A stretch of 64,000 nt of DNA from NCBI GenBank assembly GCA_051599415.1, contig AP039689.1, positions 868,001 to 932,000 of the forward strand, written 5' to 3'. Positions 1-10,023 of the stretch are shown here, one piece after another (position 1 is the first letter of the stretch; every line of letters starts with the position of its first letter). The notes beneath the pieces were generated by a model, which had not been told where the DNA came from, searched no databases, and saw nothing but the letters and a program-made list of their open reading frames with translations. The translations under genes and the position numbers were made by a program. The DNA comes from Savitreella phatthalungensis. Lineage: Eukaryota.

Positions 1-2
1 AA

Positions 3-554
3 TACACGGATACGACGCCAGCGCTCGACTCTGTCAGAGACGTGGTTGTTGAGGACGTTACGTTGACGAATTGTACGTACGGAGCACGTCTGAAGTCCTG
101 GACTGGTGATACCACAGGCAAAATGCATGGAGGTCTCACCGGTGGTGGTGGCTCGGCTGAAGTGGTCAATATCGCCTTCAGAAACTTCACTATCGTCAAT
201 GGGCAATCTGCAGCCATCGTCCTCGATACTTGCTATGGCGGTGATGAGACTTCTCCTGATTGCAATGGCCATTCCTCCAAAGTTAGCTTCGAAAATGTCA
301 TGTTCGACGGCTTCCGAGGCGAGACGACCGGCCACAAGGGCAGGTTTGCAGAGCTTGTCTGCTCGGGTGTCTGCAAGAATGTGACCGTGCAAGACTTCAA
401 GTGCTCAGGGAGCGCAGCCAAATGCGATGGTCTCGACAAGAGCCTCCTCACAGGTCTACAGTGCACAAGTCTCACAGACAGCGCGGTACCTAGCAAGATG
501 AAGACTTCCGCCGCGACACAGGTCTCCATGCCCGCGCGAGCAAAAAATGTGTAG
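3..554 (+). CDS. GH28 (exo)polygalacturonase-like protein, C-terminal part (5' truncated by window edge)
   Basis: Frame is open from position 3. It carries the GH28 RIKT-like motif GARLKSW, GGGGS..V.NI.F.N beta-helix repeats, I.LDTCY, and a C-terminal Cys pattern. Confidence 0.85.
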   Translation, partial: YTDTTPALDSVRDVVVEDVTLTNCTYGARLKSWTGDTTGKMHGGLTGGGGSAEVVNIAFRNFTIVNGQSAAIVLDTCYGGDETSPDCNGHSSKVSFENVMFDGFRGETTGHKGRFAELVCSGVCKNVTVQDFKCSGSAAKCDGLDKSLLTGLQCTSLTDSAVPSKMKTSAATQVSMPARAKNV

Positions 555-602
555 CAGACCGGCTTCATATTTCGTAGCACATCTCATCACGATGAGGAAG
601 TC

Positions 603-1043
603 TTATGCCACTTTGCGACTGCGAGCTCTACCCTTTGGAGTCGGTGTGTACTCTGGGCTACTGGTCTCGGGAGAGTCGGTGAGATGGGCCGATGCGCCCC
701 TGCGTGTGTCACTGTTCTTGAGCGGTCGCCAGTCTGCCTCGACTGCAGCTAGATCCTCTTCGGTGACGACAGCCTCCGGTCCTTTATCACGCTGGTCTCC
801 GGCTATCCTGCTGCCTTCTCCACCGAGTCTTTCCCATGGTGGGATCCACTTTTTCTCCTCCTGCTTCCGACGCCGCGTAGCGTCCGGATGAGCAGTTCCT
901 CGAGGCTGCAGGAGAATCAGGATCACAGCCAAGCCTAGCAAAGCTGCAAACCACACTAGCGGCGATGACAGCACCCACCCATACGCTTCTAGCAACTTGT
1001 ATCGCAGTGGAATGATTTTCTCATACCTGTGCCGATCCTCCAT
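603..1043 (-). CDS. Hypothetical 146-aa single-pass membrane protein
   Basis: ATG-initiated ORF with one clear hydrophobic segment (LVWFAALLGLAVILILL) and a charged tail; divergent from dsc3. No family recognised. Confidence 0.55.
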   Translation of the reverse strand: MEDRHRYEKIIPLRYKLLEAYGWVLSSPLVWFAALLGLAVILILLQPRGTAHPDATRRRKQEEKKWIPPWERLGGEGSRIAGDQRDKGPEAVVTEEDLAAVEADWRPLKNSDTRRGASAHLTDSPETSSPEYTPTPKGRARSRKVA

Positions 1044-1383
1044 TGGAATGAACAGAATCTTCCGAGCTAGCGAGAGGCAGGGCCGAGGGGAGCCTTGTCA
1101 CCCTGCTAGTTTCTGTTTGTTGTGTGTGAGGTGGGTGTCCTTTCGAGGTGTGTCGTCATTTATCATATTGGTGTATCCTTGTACATAATTGATCCGACAA
1201 GTCGTACCCGCCCTAATTCAGTTACTTGTGAGTCTGTACAAGAAGAGGAAGCTGCAGCACTACGCGCACGCTCACAATCAGCTGCAATCTTCGACGGGGC
1301 GTTCGCTGGAGCCCAGGTAATTCGGTGCTAGAGCTCGGATGGAGCTAATGTCATGTTAAGAGTGGCTCGCTTGCTCATCGTTG

Positions 1384-2787
1384 ATGGATTTGGAAGATAC
1401 AGCAGGGAAGGCAACCTCTTCTAAGTCTGCTGAAGCCGCGGCCGCGGCTGGTGCTGCAGCTAGCACTGCCACAGCACATGCAGCGCAAGTCGAGGCAGAT
1501 GATGAACCAGTGGTCCTGCGTGTGAGGTTCGCTTCGGCGATCGTATCGGATCTTGTTCACGCGCTCACGCCTGGCCTCACGGCTGGTGATTTGAAGGACG
1601 CCGTGCGTGCTGCAAGACCGGCAGACACGAAAGGGCGTATCCTGCGGCTGATTTACCTTGGCAAGATCCTCGGAGATCCCGTACAGCTGACGGACGTATG
1701 CCGGCCACCTCCGCGAACAGCGCTACGTGCATCCGACGCAGCTCCCGCCACCGGTCCAAGTACGACTGGGAAGGGCAAAGCACGGGTGAAAGCAAGGGAA
1801 GTGGTACTACAGTGCAGCATTGGTGCGCTGATTGCGGATCTGGCAAAGGAGGCACAAGCTAGGCGAGCTACAGAGTCGGCAACGGCATCTGCAGGGAGCA
1901 CGCAAGCGGGCACGCCAGCAGGCCAAGCAACACCGCAACCGGGTTTGGCTAACGGCAATACAACGACCCCGGCTCCTCGTGGCTTCGACAGACTGCGTGC
2001 GGCAGGTCTCGCTGAGGAGGAAATTGCATCACTCAGAGAACAATTTCGCCGCGGCAGCAGTCGACTATTCCCTGGTGGTCTCGCGACGCAGGATGCAGAG
2101 TCGAGTGGCGTGGCATCAGACTCGTCCGCGATGCCGTCAGATGTGGTCTCTGCCATTGAGCAGCACAGCTGGGCAGCCATGTACGGCGTTGAGCTTGCTG
2201 TGAATGCAGGCGACGCTCAAGCGACAAGGGAGAGGCAGCTCCAAGCTGAGGAAGAGTGGATCGATGACGAAGCCGGCCCAGGCGGAGGCCTCCTGCCCGC
2301 ACAGCCACGACCTCGCGAGACGCCAGGCGATGTTGGGCGCCTGCCGACACGCCAGTATGCAGGCAACACGTACGAAGCACTCCTCCAAGAGCCATCGACG
2401 ATGGCGCGAGGCATTCAGACCGCCAGGTCATTCGGCCAGCGGATAGGCCTGCTGTCAGCCGCCGACAGTGAAGGAGCTGCCGCTACCCACGCGGCAGATT
2501 CCTTCTCACAAGCATATTACGCGATTATTGGCGCAACCAGTGCAGGCTTTTTCCTTAATGGTCTAGCCCTGTTCTTCCTGCTTGAGGCTGACACCGCAGC
2601 GAGGGCTGCTGGCGGCGTGTCAAGTTTTCTCGTATCAAACCTCTCGCCAGGAGGCTCGAGCTCTGTGGCATCTGGCGGAGCGGGATACAATGGCTGGCGA
2701 GGCAGTATACTCGTCAGTCGTTCGGTCAAGGTTTGCATCTGGGTAGGCATTCTGCTCAACATTCTCTTTGGCTTTTGCCGGGAGTAA
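1384..2787 (+). CDS. DSC3: DSC E3 ubiquitin ligase complex subunit 3 (ubiquitin-like domain plus C-terminal TM domain)
   Basis: Ubiquitin-like LRLIYLGKIL, C(S)IG, hallmark PRGFDRLRAAGL.EEEI..LR.QF, EEEWID, and C-terminal TM segments (GFFLNG; GILLNILFG). First ATG at 1384. Confidence 0.85.
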   Translation: MDLEDTAGKATSSKSAEAAAAAGAAASTATAHAAQVEADDEPVVLRVRFASAIVSDLVHALTPGLTAGDLKDAVRAARPADTKGRILRLIYLGKILGDPVQLTDVCRPPPRTALRASDAAPATGPSTTGKGKARVKAREVVLQCSIGALIADLAKEAQARRATESATASAGSTQAGTPAGQATPQPGLANGNTTTPAPRGFDRLRAAGLAEEEIASLREQFRRGSSRLFPGGLATQDAESSGVASDSSAMPSDVVSAIEQHSWAAMYGVELAVNAGDAQATRERQLQAEEEWIDDEAGPGGGLLPAQPRPRETPGDVGRLPTRQYAGNTYEALLQEPSTMARGIQTARSFGQRIGLLSAADSEGAAATHAADSFSQAYYAIIGATSAGFFLNGLALFFLLEADTAARAAGGVSSFLVSNLSPGGSSSVASGGAGYNGWRGSILVSRSVKVCIWVGILLNILFGFCRE

Positions 2788-2813
2788 CTCTGGAGTACTG
2801 TCAATCATGAAAT

Positions 2814-4184
2814 CTAGAAGTCATTATACCCACGACGCTCTCTGCGTCTGGCGGCAGCGGATCTCGAAGCCGCTTCGAGCTCGCACATCTTCCGCACACC
2901 TTCCGCTACGGAGTACGGTGGTTGATAGCCGAGGATTTCCTTTGCCCGCCGGACGTCGTACACGCCCGTAGCTTGCCCGTGCGACCATCCCTGAGGCGAG
3001 AGAAACCTTAACGTTCCTAGCTCGAGTTGCTTCCCGGTCAATGCGTGCCACGCGCGCACGCACCATGTCCCAAACAACCCGAGTAGATACAGCAACGCGA
3101 CAGGGTATATCTGGCAGTACCCGAGGTTGACGGTTGGCCAGTAGGACTGCTGGAGCTTGTAGAACTCTCTCCATGTGACGGGCTCATGGTTTGTGACAAG
3201 GAAGCGTCGATCTGCTGGCGGGAGCTGCTCTGCAGAAGAAACGTCCATCAGCCGCTTTTCCATCAGCAGACACGCGTACGCGAGGTTGTCGACGTACACG
3301 AGGTCGACCACCTTATCCATCGCCGGTCTCGGATTCACGTGCACGTTCCCGAACACCGCCCCCTCACGATCACCCCACACGACGCCTGCGCTGTACCCAC
3401 CGGACCCATAGACCGCGTGTGCTGGCCTGAGGGCGCCCGTCCGTAGTCTTGTCTCCGCAAGGACGATACCCTCTGCACGCGCCTTTCCGCGTGAGTAATT
3501 GGACATCTGATCCATGTCAGCCACGGGCTCGCCGTCCTGGATGATTGTTGGCTTGATTGTAGCGAACGGGTTGGCAAAGTCGGAGAATCGTCCGAGGATA
3601 CTGCCGGAGGACGTGTACACCAAAACCTGCGCACCAGCCTTCACACACCCTTCAATCACCCACCGCGTGCCGTCCACAAGCACCTTCTCTGACCTCGCCA
3701 TCTGCCACTCCAACCCTTCCCAGAACCGGATATTCCCAGCAGTGTGGTACACCACATCCACTCCTTCCACCCCATCTCCACTCCACGGTCGCAGGAATGC
3801 AGCGACGACTGCTTCCCTATCAGACACATCGCACTGGACGAACTCGATGGCTTCGAGCTTCGCTAGATCCGGTGGGGGAGGGCGTAAGTCGAGAATCCTG
3901 ATTCGTGTGGCTTTGGGGGCTCGGTGGAGGAGTGCTCTGACGATGGCTGCGCCTGTCATGCCTGATCCGCCTGTGACGATGTACGTGCTCGCGTGAGTGC
4001 AGGTAGCTGCGATGGCCGAGGCGTAACGTGCGTCTCCGGCCGACACGTCGTCCTCCGTAGGTCGATCACGCAAAGGTCGGCACAGCCGACGCAAGTCGAG
4101 CGGCACGTAAAGCAGTCGATGTTCCAGCCAGGCGATGTACGCCACCAGGAGGACGGCTGACGCCGCAATCATAGATACGGACAT
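2814..4184 (-). CDS. 3-beta-hydroxysteroid dehydrogenase/isomerase family extended SDR with N-terminal TM anchor
   Basis: YIVTGGSGMTG Rossmann motif, VYHTA, VYTSSGS, catalytic YxxxK (NYSRGK), LRP...VYG, VYVDNLA. Confidence 0.85.
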   Translation of the reverse strand: MSVSMIAASAVLLVAYIAWLEHRLLYVPLDLRRLCRPLRDRPTEDDVSAGDARYASAIAATCTHASTYIVTGGSGMTGAAIVRALLHRAPKATRIRILDLRPPPPDLAKLEAIEFVQCDVSDREAVVAAFLRPWSGDGVEGVDVVYHTAGNIRFWEGLEWQMARSEKVLVDGTRWVIEGCVKAGAQVLVYTSSGSILGRFSDFANPFATIKPTIIQDGEPVADMDQMSNYSRGKARAEGIVLAETRLRTGALRPAHAVYGSGGYSAGVVWGDREGAVFGNVHVNPRPAMDKVVDLVYVDNLAYACLLMEKRLMDVSSAEQLPPADRRFLVTNHEPVTWREFYKLQQSYWPTVNLGYCQIYPVALLYLLGLFGTWCVRAWHALTGKQLELGTLRFLSPQGWSHGQATGVYDVRRAKEILGYQPPYSVAEGVRKMCELEAASRSAAARRRERRGYNDF

Positions 4185-4515
4185 CTATAGGGTTGGTGAG
4201 GTCGTATATAGGAGCTCGGAGGGTCGACTGACGGGGCTTTTGGGAGCTCGTGATCCCATAAAGGACAAGATCCGTCAGGAGCGATGTTTCATGCTGGACA
4301 CCTCAGACATGATGCGTGTCCTTGCCATGCGTGCATCCAGCATCGTTACCCATATAAAGATGCACGGTGGCAGTGTCAAGAATCAGGGATCGCATGTGTC
4401 TCCGTTGATATAGGCAGATTCTGTGGTAATTACACATACTTAAAGGTCGTTATGTTTATATGGGATCGTCTACAGGGTCATTCGGATTGCGGGTGGAAGG
4501 TATGGGTTAGACGTC

Positions 4516-6267
4516 TCAAGCGCCGTGTTCCCTAGAGCCAGTCGGGTTGGCCGAAGAAGTTTCCTCAGAAGCGCTTTGAGAATCTGAGGTGCCGTCGTCC
4601 GCAGTCTCGATCGGCTGGCTCGGGAAGTAATGTGCTTCTTGACCTTTGGACGGCCTTGGTGTTGTGGTGTCGCTCTCGGGGATGTCCTTGGGTGGACCTG
4701 ACCGAAATTGGCCGTCCCGTCGGCCGTCACAGGTCGCCAGGTCGACTAAGAGCTCGCCAAAGGTGGAATCAATTCCTGCTGATGCCTGGTCCTCGACACC
4801 AAAGCCGATCAGCACGCGATCGTCTAGGTACCCGTGATATGTTTGTCCGCGGGAGGCCCAGTTGAGTGAGGTCGTGAAGATCATCTGACTTTGATCCTTC
4901 GGCTTGTACGTGCCATCGGCCCATCCGTCGTTAGGCGCGCCACGACCCGTGTACCAGAAGGGTACAGTGGTAAAGCCGTACAGTTCGAAAGGTGCTTCCT
5001 GCCGGAACAGCATCAGGTATGGCTCGTATTGGCCGTGGTAGTAGAACGTCTTAGTCTGGATGAGCGTGACAATGACGGTATTGGCGCGTGTCGGCTCACA
5101 TGTCGGATCCGCACGGTCGCACAGTGTTAAAGACAACGAGTTCGTTGCCTGATGCACCCACTCCGGATATGGGAAGGGACGCACTTTTGGCATGTAACGC
5201 AGCATGCACTGCTTATCGTGTTCGGCTGATTGCAGTGCAATATCGTCCGATACGCTGCCATTTGCATATAAGCGAGAATAGACGCGCGTGTTGTCGGCAG
5301 TGACGTCGTAATGAACGTACATGTCACCGTCATGATCCCAGAACAGGAACCAGTTTTTCTCTACGCGGCGATAGGGGGGAGGCCGCTGTATGTTGGTAGG
5401 ATAAAAGAAGACATCCGACGAGACGTTTGTCGTAGGCCTGTAACTCCAATCTGTGATTCGGCGGAAGTCCTGAATCCATTGACCGAGACAATTAAAGTTT
5501 GACTGGGACATGTAGACGATGTACGGCGCGTCCGGACCGTAGAAGACGCGGGCGTCGTGAGGACCGATCTGATCTTTCCAGTCGCTCATGTCTGCAACAC
5601 AGTGATCTGCATTCGTGGCGGCGATAGGCAGCGGTACTGGCGGCTTCAGACATGTCATCGTGTCGTTGATAAACCGTGCCTCACACACGATCTCGGTGTT
5701 CCAGAAGACGTTGTCGTCGTGCTGCTTGTCGCGCTGCGCCACCATCCACCAGACATCGAGGTCGTCCGCATGAGGGATGAAGTTCGGATTGTATCCGTTC
5801 TCGCTCAAGAAGTCCGTCTTGAACATTCGGCCGTCGATCGTCATGCGCGAGTAGATTGGCAGATGAACAATTTCGTTGTCTAGAAGTGCAGCTGCATGCT
5901 GGTCTGGCGTAAGCAGGTCCGATGCGTCGTTCGCCAGGTCTGGGTCATCTTCGGCTTCTACTTCATCGGATTCCTCTGATTTGCTTCCGACGACAGTGAT
6001 GTTGAGTGGATTGGTCGGATCGAAGGGTTTTTCGACTTTTTCGTCTAACGAAGCGTCCGTGGCTGCGTCGGGAAGGACGGGTTGATAGTCACCGTCCACT
6101 TTTGCGGCTGCGGCATCTGCATTGCGCTCCAGGGATCCTTGACCTGGATTTGTGAGCACGCGTGGCTCATACCTGCCGCGTTCGTGGATGTTAACGCCGA
6201 GACCGAGGACGAGGATGAGGAATACTGCAGCGAAGACGATTGCAAGCTTCAGACGCGTGGGCAGCAT
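4516..6267 (-). CDS. Type II membrane protein, putative beta-propeller glycosyltransferase/glycosidase-like
   Basis: Short N-tail, TM, acidic stem, then a luminal domain with GYNP, GPHDARVF, EKNWFLF and several N-glycosylation sequons. The function is inferred. Confidence 0.7.
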   Translation of the reverse strand: MLPTRLKLAIVFAAVFLILVLGLGVNIHERGRYEPRVLTNPGQGSLERNADAAAAKVDGDYQPVLPDAATDASLDEKVEKPFDPTNPLNITVVGSKSEESDEVEAEDDPDLANDASDLLTPDQHAAALLDNEIVHLPIYSRMTIDGRMFKTDFLSENGYNPNFIPHADDLDVWWMVAQRDKQHDDNVFWNTEIVCEARFINDTMTCLKPPVPLPIAATNADHCVADMSDWKDQIGPHDARVFYGPDAPYIVYMSQSNFNCLGQWIQDFRRITDWSYRPTTNVSSDVFFYPTNIQRPPPYRRVEKNWFLFWDHDGDMYVHYDVTADNTRVYSRLYANGSVSDDIALQSAEHDKQCMLRYMPKVRPFPYPEWVHQATNSLSLTLCDRADPTCEPTRANTVIVTLIQTKTFYYHGQYEPYLMLFRQEAPFELYGFTTVPFWYTGRGAPNDGWADGTYKPKDQSQMIFTTSLNWASRGQTYHGYLDDRVLIGFGVEDQASAGIDSTFGELLVDLATCDGRRDGQFRSGPPKDIPESDTTTPRPSKGQEAHYFPSQPIETADDGTSDSQSASEETSSANPTGSREHGA

Positions 6268-8481
6268 GCCTGCCTCATTCGATTGTGTCCTGTGTCTTCT
6301 GAAAGATCAAGATCCTTTTGTATGTCGCGCTAGGATATGCTTTGATGGTCAGACGCGTCGGATCGAAGACACCGCTTGAAGAGATTGAGAAGTGATCGTG
6401 TCGGGAGTTTCACGGGCTGGCGCGTTGACAGGGTTTCGAAGCCCGTGACTAGTGTCCTCTGCAAATCTGGCTGTCACCCGATATCTGAGATGGTGCGTTG
6501 CGATGCAGTAGGGCTTGTGATGAACGGGCCAGCTTTCGTTGAGATGGACTTTCTGGTCCCCGCTTGTAATATTGTTGGATGCCGTGCCTCCTTGTGTTTG
6601 AAGTCCGAAGATTTGATCTGGAATCCAGCTGCAGCGCGAATGTCTTTTTCCTCTTGGTTGCTGGGGATCTGCGGCCGGGAAGGATGAGATCGATGGACTT
6701 GAGCTAGGAGCCGGTGCTGAAAAGAGAGAGAATAGTGATGAGGGTGAGGGTGAGGGTGATGGAGAAGATGTGTGCCATGTGCATGAACAATGGACAGTGA
6801 GCTGCGCCTAGATTCTTTTGAGCGTGATGGATCTGTAGCTGAAGAAGGTTCGGTCTACCGAAGGAGAATGGAAGTCGTAGTAGTGGTGAAGGAGAGAATG
6901 ACAGGTGGCTCTCGATGACATTCAGCATTCTCTTAGAGCAGGAGGAGGTTGTGGATGAGGACCGGTAGCCGGAGCGGTGACCAGTGTGCCAGTTAAGGCT
7001 AGATAGTCGTTGTGCAGGATTCAGATGATCCTTGTTTGCTTTGCTCCTCATTCAGACTGATTCTCGTCCTTCTTCTGTTCTGAAGCTCACTGACTTGTGT
7101 CTGTCCTTGGTCTTCTTCTTCTGGATCTCCTCTTCCTCCTCCTTCTCAACATACCTACCTGATCTTTGTGGCAGTTGATTCCTTCTGAAAAGTACAGTAT
7201 ACCCTTCTTCTGTCGTGGATCTGAGTGGGGTATTTTCTTTTGGCGTATGTGAAAATGGTCTTCGAATTCTGCTTCGCCTCAGCTCCGTTCATATTCGATT
7301 CAGTCTTCGCAGCTTGTTTCGAGATTTTTGGCTTTGGCACACGTGTTTAAGACTTGTGCACGTGCAATTGAGTGTTGAATTCCTCCTCGTTGGCTCTGAA
7401 GCTAGTCGGGTTCAATGACGGAGAACGAAGATGTGTCGCGGCCGTAATGCTGTCGCAAGCCGGATCGCTGTGAGTCGTGAAGATCATTGCGCTGGTTCGA
7501 TGTCACAGAAGTGCTGGATCCTCCTTGTCTTTTGTTGGGCTTGCGAAGACGAATCGATTGCTTGCTGATGTGTTGAAGCTCGGACGTGCGCGTCATGAGC
7601 GACTTCGATCACTCGTTCATCAAGCAAGGGAGCTAGCATTTGCCGCTTCCTTACACACAAGTACGTTTGACAGAAGTCCCTGCAAGGCGCACGATAGAGT
7701 CCCATCGACCATGCGCTATCCACTCGCAGTTGAAGGCAATTATGCTTCCATAATCAGTCGCCTATTAAGCGCTCGTGAGCAGTCTACTGCCGTCTGAATG
7801 TGATGCCATCGATAGATGTCGGTGTCAGTCTGCGAAGTGGGTGAGATAGCGAGGAGAAGCGACTCATGAAGATCTCGCTGAGTATCGATGATCGTTAAGC
7901 AAGACACTTTCTCGCACACTTCAAGTTTGATCGTTTTCTGAATTCTCGCAAGCGAAAGGGTAGCCTTGCTCGACAAACCCTCCGAAACACAGCTTGGCTT
8001 CGTTCTTCGTGTCCGCTCTAACACTCCCGATACGTCAAGGTGCCTGATACATCGTTTGCGAGCTTCAGCTGGAGCCTGTAGAATTCACGTATAGGACGTC
8101 CGGGGTAGATTGCCTTGTCTTGCAAACGAGTAAATAGCTATGCAAGGTTGTTCGGCAGATCATTTAGGCCGAGGTCGCCGAGCCAATCATCTCATTGGCA
8201 GACCAATTGAATATATGAAATCGTCTGACAATACACGCACGTGGGTCGGCGAACGAGATGTAGATTCATACACGTGCTGAACTGATTCAGGCGCTCTTTA
8301 CGGTCACTCCGTCATCTGTCATGTATGATGCGGATGCTTAACGGCAGCTTGATTGGTTTGACTTTGCTTGTGTACAATGAGATAGCTATGTGCTCCTATG
8401 AGCGACAAATCATGCTATGAGAAGGTAGAAGATAGAATGTAAAAGATCGAAGCCCGGACGTGCTGTGTTGGACGCCTTAGC

Positions 8482-9915
8482 TTAGAAGGAGTAACGGAAT
8501 CCAGGCTGTCCCTCGAGCACCTCTCCCTGTGCCTGCCTTGCGTTGCGGCGCTTGAAGACGAAGGTGAGGAAGGCGGATGAGCAGATGAGGAAGGCGTTGC
8601 AGGCCATCGATGCCTCGAGACCAGGGTGGTAGTTTGGTGCCGACTTTGTGTAGAAGACGAGCGAGCCAAAAACACCGCCGACGGCACCGCCCATGATGCT
8701 CATCGCAGACTGGACTGCCTTGCGCGAGTTCTTGGTCGTGTTGTCTGCGCCAAGGGCGAGGACGAGTGGAATGGAGGCGTTGGTGGCACCGGCGAGGAGG
8801 AAGACGCCGAAGTACGACACTGCCGGCTTGATGTGCACGGGATAGATGAGGCCGAGACCAATGAGGGCGAGACTCGAGTTGATGCAGATGAAGAGCATGC
8901 GAGACTTGACCTTGTCAGACAGGTGACCTGTGACAATGGCGAGGATGAGGGCGAAGATGTACGGCGGGGTGACGAGGCACTGAGCCTGGACAAGCGAGAA
9001 CTTGAGCTTCGAGCGGAGCAGGGTCGGCAGGAAGTACGAGAGAGCGTACGAGGTGACGGTGCAGCACATGAACATGAGTGCAAACACGTAGTTCTTCCAC
9101 TCGAGCATGTACTTGCCAACCTTTGCCGGTGTCACAGGGTCAACCTCGATCGATGCACGCTCCTTCTCGAGCGCGTACAAGAGACGGGCGTGGTCGCGCT
9201 CGCTCAAGAAGCGGTTGCGGTTAGCGGTCGGGAAGTCGACGATGAAGAAGTAAAGGATGATGGCGAGGACGACAGTGATGAGACCCTGGAAGAAGAAAAT
9301 TCCGCGCCATGATCCCACACCCGTGCTTTTCGGGATACGAGCGAGACCGTATGCCAAGATAGACGAAACACCAGATGCACCGACACCGAAAGCGTACAGG
9401 ATAGCCATACGACGACCGGTATCCTTGCGAAGTGACCAGGCAGAGACAATGAAGACGCAGCAGGGGAAGTAACCTCCCTCCATTGCGCCGAGAACGAAAC
9501 GGGTAGCTGCGAGTGCGCGCCAGTCCTTGACGAATGCCTGTCCGATCAGGACAGAGCCCCAGAGAACGCCGATGACGCCGATGAAGTTACGCGGGCGAAC
9601 GCGACGGATGAGCAAGGTGCACGGAATCTCGACGGCTGCGTAAGTGATGAAGAAGAGGAGGAGGGCGATGTTGTAACGGTTGCCGATGAGCTTGAGGTCC
9701 TTGGCCATGCCCTCGATGACGGCGTTACCCATGTTGGTACGGTCGATGAGGGAGAAGGCGTACAGAGCGGCGATCGGAGGAAGGAGACGGAAGTCGACCT
9801 TGCGGGCAATCGCACGGTCGCGTGAGTCATCCTCGAGGTCATAGCCGGCAGCCTCGGCCTTTGAGAGGTCCGCGTTCTCGATCCGGACGTCGTGCGCCTT
9901 GTCGATGTCACTCAT
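8482..9915 (-). CDS. MFS transporter, anion:cation symporter (Dal5/Tna1-like) family
   Basis: RK.D.RLLP, IDRTNMGNA, RF.LG..EGGYFP, WRGIFFFQG, about 12 TMs, typical LEGQPGFRY end. ATG at 9915. Confidence 0.92.
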   Translation of the reverse strand: MSDIDKAHDVRIENADLSKAEAAGYDLEDDSRDRAIARKVDFRLLPPIAALYAFSLIDRTNMGNAVIEGMAKDLKLIGNRYNIALLLFFITYAAVEIPCTLLIRRVRPRNFIGVIGVLWGSVLIGQAFVKDWRALAATRFVLGAMEGGYFPCCVFIVSAWSLRKDTGRRMAILYAFGVGASGVSSILAYGLARIPKSTGVGSWRGIFFFQGLITVVLAIILYFFIVDFPTANRNRFLSERDHARLLYALEKERASIEVDPVTPAKVGKYMLEWKNYVFALMFMCCTVTSYALSYFLPTLLRSKLKFSLVQAQCLVTPPYIFALILAIVTGHLSDKVKSRMLFICINSSLALIGLGLIYPVHIKPAVSYFGVFLLAGATNASIPLVLALGADNTTKNSRKAVQSAMSIMGGAVGGVFGSLVFYTKSAPNYHPGLEASMACNAFLICSSAFLTFVFKRRNARQAQGEVLEGQPGFRYSF

Positions 9916-10017
9916 GTTGATCAATGAAATAGATAAGTGAGTGATGGGGGAGTTGCTGGTGGGCGGCAATGAGCGCGCGCGTTCAGGAAGCAAAAGATAA
10001 GTGGGCGATACCCTGGC

Positions 10018-10023
10018 TTTATA
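10018..10023 (-). promoter_or_regulatory. Putative TATA box of the MFS transporter gene
   Basis: TATAAA on the minus strand about 100 nt upstream of the ATG at 9915. Confidence 0.5.
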
